Shown here one piece after another: positions 53,291 through 57,827 of a stretch of DNA of 57,827 bases (the first letter of the stretch is position 1; every line of letters begins with the position of its first letter). Source of the DNA: Octopus bimaculoides. Taxonomy: Eukaryota. The notes beneath the pieces are model-generated. The model was not told the DNA's origin. It worked only from the letters and a program-made list of their open reading frames with translations, and searched no databases. A program made the translations under genes and the position numbers. The stretch spans positions 12,786,996-12,844,822 of the forward strand of contig NC_068992.1 in assembly GCF_001194135.2 (NCBI RefSeq), given 5' to 3'.

Positions 53291-54314
53291 TTAATATATA
53301 TATATATATATATATATATCCATATCTCACTCATACGCTCTCTTCGTTTCCTAAGACATGCTTCCTTCTTTCATTTTCTCTCTCGTCTGAGACCTAACTA
53401 CGTTCCTAAGTAATCCTTTTCGTCTTCTATTAAGTCAGTGATACAACAAGGAATCACAAATTACAGTTAAATATATATAATCTAATTCCCGTTCACCGCT
53501 GTCGGGTTTGAGATTGCTCTCCGCAAGTGGGAGCTCCGTGAATCTGAGTGTTATTTCCAGAGCTTCTCATGTGCTTTCATCCAGGGCAACTCCTTTGCTA
53601 TTTTGTCTGCTGTTTTCATGAGAATTTTTTTTTATATTGTGAGAGACAAGATTCGCCGTTAATTCGCTGTTACATACTCTACCACCACCATCTGTCTTTG
53701 CGTTTTAATTCAACTGGTTTTTAATTCAACATAATTATTATCACCAGGTATAATGTAAAATTACAAAATATACACATATATTTATTTTTCATTACCAATA
53801 AAATTTCCCCCACATCAAACTTTCGTAGCTAAATCAAGTATATATTTATAATAAATATCGATAATTATAATAGTTAACTTGAAGTATACATATGCGATAT
53901 ATAAATATGCTATATGAAAACTGTAATGCATTCTCATATCGAAAATGCATCCTGCAGAGCTAATTCTTTGAACTTGAAAAACTCAACTTAGATAAAAGAA
54001 CTGGTAACGTTTAGAACTTTAAGATAACTTGTGAATTTTCTATAGCTTTCTAGATATTTCCCAATAATCGAAGCTATTATTTTCATATTTGCATTTAAAT
54101 TGTATATATTGAATTCTGTACTTATCAGATCGATTTATGACTGAAAGAATTGCAAAATCACTTACAATAAGAATTATATAAGATATATAAGATACAAAGA
54201 ATGAATTTCATTAGGCATTGATATTAAAATACAGGCGTATTTAGAATTGTGAAATAAGCAAGTAGATACAGGAGTACATTCTCTTCAAATGCATAAGCAT
54301 ATACACAGCATCCC

Positions 54315-54346
54315 ATATATACGCAAATATATATTTGCGTATATAT
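54315..54346. repeat. Perfect 32-bp spacerless palindrome centred on AT
   Basis: ATATATACGCAAATAT followed by ATATTTGCGTATATAT. Confidence 0.95.
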
Positions 54347-55169
54347 TTGTATATCTGTGTTTGAGCAATTTCTAAAGATGTCGAAAACAGATGAAAAATC
54401 ATATACAAAATGGCAGCATGGAAAGAAAAGAGATCGAGGATATGATTTTATTTGCAGTTACAATACATGTGATGGTTTGGAAGTTAGTGTTTGTTCTAAA
54501 GAAACGGAAATCAAGGGTGGAAATAGGGAGAGAGACAGAGACGAAGAAAGATTGACAAAAAGATAAATAGTTTGGGGTAGAGACGGTAAAGGACTAAATG
54601 AATCAGAGAAATACAATTCTATGAAGTAAATTAAGAAGGAACATAGCAAACCTCTATAGGTGGTAGTTGATTTAACACTTATTTCTAGCAACACTGGTGC
54701 TAACTGTTACTCCCGGTTACTTTGCTAACGCATATATTTCTGCCTTTCGGTTGAAAAACTGCGAAAGCGCCTCATACGATAACAGCCGATTAAGGACCTG
54801 TTCGGTCTCTTGGTTCCCTGGAACTCTTTTCTCTTTAGTTTCTCTGGTTGTTTCTGAAGCTGAGTGCTAAATTTCAGAGTAGACCGTACTAGGCTAGAAT
54901 GAGTAATACTGAGCAAAATGTTCCCAAATAGAGTTCTATTAGTTACATTATTTCTGTGTTACCTTACGAGTGTCTTTGCAATTTTAGTTTACCCCAACAT
55001 GTGACCAAAGAAGATCATGTGGTGGGAAATACGAGATCGATCAACCCATTGATAGATAATTCGATACACTGATAAATAGCTAGCTAAATACACTGACAGG
55101 TTGAACCTTATTTATAGTGGGACATGTTCAGTATGATTAACTGACTTAATTTTATTTTATTATCTTCAT

Positions 55170-55260
55170 TTCATCATTTCATCACAATCGTCGTCATCGT
55201 CGTCGTCGTCATCGTCATCATTACCATCACTGTCATCATTCTTATCATGTCATCGCAGTC
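55170..55260. repeat. Degenerate (CAT/CGT)n tract
   Basis: Seen directly. Confidence 0.85.
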
Positions 55261-57827
55261 GCTAATGATGCGGCCATCACGGCCTCTTAATCGTCATTGC
55301 AGTTACTATTAGAATACTGCTGTAGACAAACATATGTATATGTTTGCAGAACTAAACACAATTTTGTGTAACTCGGATACGTTTTCCTCTAATGTTTTCT
55401 TCTAGAGGAAACTGTGTGCCACTTTGGTTTTATTGCTGGCATTTCGAGACGGGTTAAACAGAATTATATAATGTTGTTTATGATGCAGCTTTGCCGTAGT
55501 TCCAAGTCAACAAATTATATCATTGTTTTGATAAAAATTGTTCATTGCTTGAAAGAATATTGGTCAAGTTTAAAAAGAATCTGATATATACTCATGCATG
55601 AAGTATCATCGTTGGGCCCAGAGCCCAATGAAGTGCCCTCTACAGGAGCCAGCTTAAAATGCGCCGGATAGGGCGGCTTGTAAGCTAGTATATATATATA
55701 TGAATGAGAAAAGCAACAAAATGATGAAATTGACATGTAGACAGTTTATTGAAATATATTCAAATCCATATAATAAAATTCTTGTTCTACGGCCGTTTCC
55801 ACATCCAGTTAAATCGATTACAGAAATTAAATTAATTTCAGTTAAATTTTCATATTGAAACTGGTGGTTGACCTACATGTTGGTTGACCAACCACAAACT
55901 TAGATGTGGACGTTTTTTAATGTATGAGTTGTTTAATAAACCTTTATTTTCATATATATGTATATATATAATGTATGATGAATTTATGGAATAAAGTTTC
56001 TAAGAAGCCTAGGTTCAATAATATCATCTATTTTCCTTTGTAAAGTGTTTAGAGGAAAGTTTGTATAAAGTTTCAATCAAATTACCCTTAATTTACTTAG
56101 CGAATGGAACTATGAACCAGCAATATATAAGTAAAAATGGGTTTGTTTGTTTCTTTTATCGTACAGGGCGCAATAGTAGAAATTTTTCACATGTACTCTC
56201 TAGTGGTTTATTTAGCAGGACAGCCAATTTCACTTTTACTTGAAACACTAGCAACAATTTGAGAGAGAAAATGTCCTTTTTGTAATATTATAGAATGTAG
56301 TTGCAAAGAAAAGTTTAATGGTAACAATTTCGTGTATATAGGGCGATATCACCTATATCAGGCATACCTTGCAGAATAAAAAAAACCTTTATATCTCGTA
56401 TCACAATATATGACTGAGATGGAAGGACAAGCTGATATTGTGCGCCTTCATATTCCATATCAGCTGGTTTCGAATATATGGGACAAAAAGTTAGTTTTAC
56501 TTCAATATTTTTTTATAATTTGAGCATTGCATACAAATAGACACACACATAATAACGGTTAGTCTTTATTGTATTTATTTTTGATTTCTAAAATATATAC
56601 AAACATTTGTCACATATTTCTAACTAATATATCGAAAGTGTGAAACAGTTTGCTGCAGGTTTAACAATGATATTATTAATAGAATATTTCAACAGTTTAG
56701 CAACGGCGTCTCAGTCGATTCGCTATAGTTTGATCCGGTGCCACAAATATCCGCTGTGCATTTGAAACAATATTAACCAAATATTGCTATTCTTCCCAAG
56801 AGATATTTGCTGAATAGCAAAACGCATCAACACACCTCATTAGCAGCTTTTCCCAAAGGAAATTACCGTAGGCTAAAATAAATTATCAAATTAGGGTTTT
56901 GCTAAGAAGAACGTCGCAACTTAAATAAACGGCGTATTTCCGTTCAATTAGCCATATCATTGATCTGAGGGAAATTGAATAAAGTTTGTTCTTGATGTTT
57001 TTTTCTGTTTATATATTTAATTATTTATTTTGTCTGTCTTTGCTGTTTAGCTTCACATTTAAATTGGATGTAACTATTCAAAAATAACCCTCGTAGAAAT
57101 ACGTTGAATGCAATTTCCTCTGGCTTTTCACTTTGTGCTTAAAACAAACATAACCATTTTTCACGGTTGTCTGTTAATGAAGCCTGTCAATTGACAGAGG
57201 TGAATCATTAAAGGGAGCATGCAAATAATTTACAGCATTTCAGTAACAAAAATTACATGGAGTGTTTCCATTATTTTCCCAGATAACTTCCGTAAATTTT
57301 TTATATCACAGTAATATATTTTAATGTCCTACAATACTGATCCTTGTTTTCACAGAAATATGTTTCCTCAGCTAAAAATCACTATATCCATCCGTATAAT
57401 CATGGTTCAAAAGACTTCTCCCGAACGAATTCTCATTAAATTTGGTATCAGAATTTTAAGTGCGATGTCGTTAAAAGTAATGAAATAAATGATGACTAGC
57501 AAATTTTTGATACATGCATATTATATATTCATTTTACCAACCACAGGAAATTATTGGAGAACGACATCGAACACAAAATTTCCCTCGCTAACATTCCTTA
57601 AGCATATAAACACGTCAAAACCAAAATGCAGGTGTTCATAGTATGGTAATGTAATTCCATAGCATATCTGTAATTTCCACCTGAATCTAAAGGAAACCGC
57701 TATAGCACAGGTTTTTTAAAAAATATAATCATTCAATCCCTCATCTAACATAAAATAATATATTTACACAAGTTCGGATATAAAAGTTAAATATTTAACT
57801 GGTATATATATATATATATATATATAT

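Noticed and set aside
53490-53610. Minus-strand KIAKEL, reminiscent of a LINE endonuclease N-terminus
   Set aside because: Too short and degenerate to call
57262-57277. 16-nt exact match to the Tc1 TIR at 49455-49470
   Set aside because: Same orientation, so not the partner TIR; at most a separate decayed end

Overview
This is AT-rich, non-coding eukaryotic DNA from a short-read draft assembly. It has 13 N-gaps (about 4.5 kb in total), most flanked by (TA)n/(CA)n/(TATG)n microsatellites. The microsatellite density and the tRNA-headed SINE families look octopus/coleoid-like (my inference from pattern recognition; no search was run). No complete protein-coding gene, RNA gene or CRISPR array is supportable. 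Most ORFs in the supplied track are microsatellite or N-gap read-throughs; a few overlap TE fossils. Recognisable content: three SINE families; four Tc1/mariner remnants (maT/DD37D-like, two mariner, one Tc1 end); two RTE-clade LINE remnants; a very decayed CR1/L2-like LINE; a Penelope-like terminal fragment; and long triplet repeats. The most unusual signals are: (i) near-perfect local inverted duplications, including an 80-bp foldback of a SINE at 41712-41948, a foldback at 1166-1287, and spacerless AT-centred palindromes at 1407-1454 and 54315-54346; (ii) a hammerhead-like fold with a non-canonical core at 24986-25021; (iii) a palindrome-dense GC-rich island at 49520-49776; and (iv) a frameshifted signal-peptide-like small ORF at 16884-17118. 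I found no evidence for a complete new multi-gene system. The findings are hypotheses, and several could be assembly artefacts.
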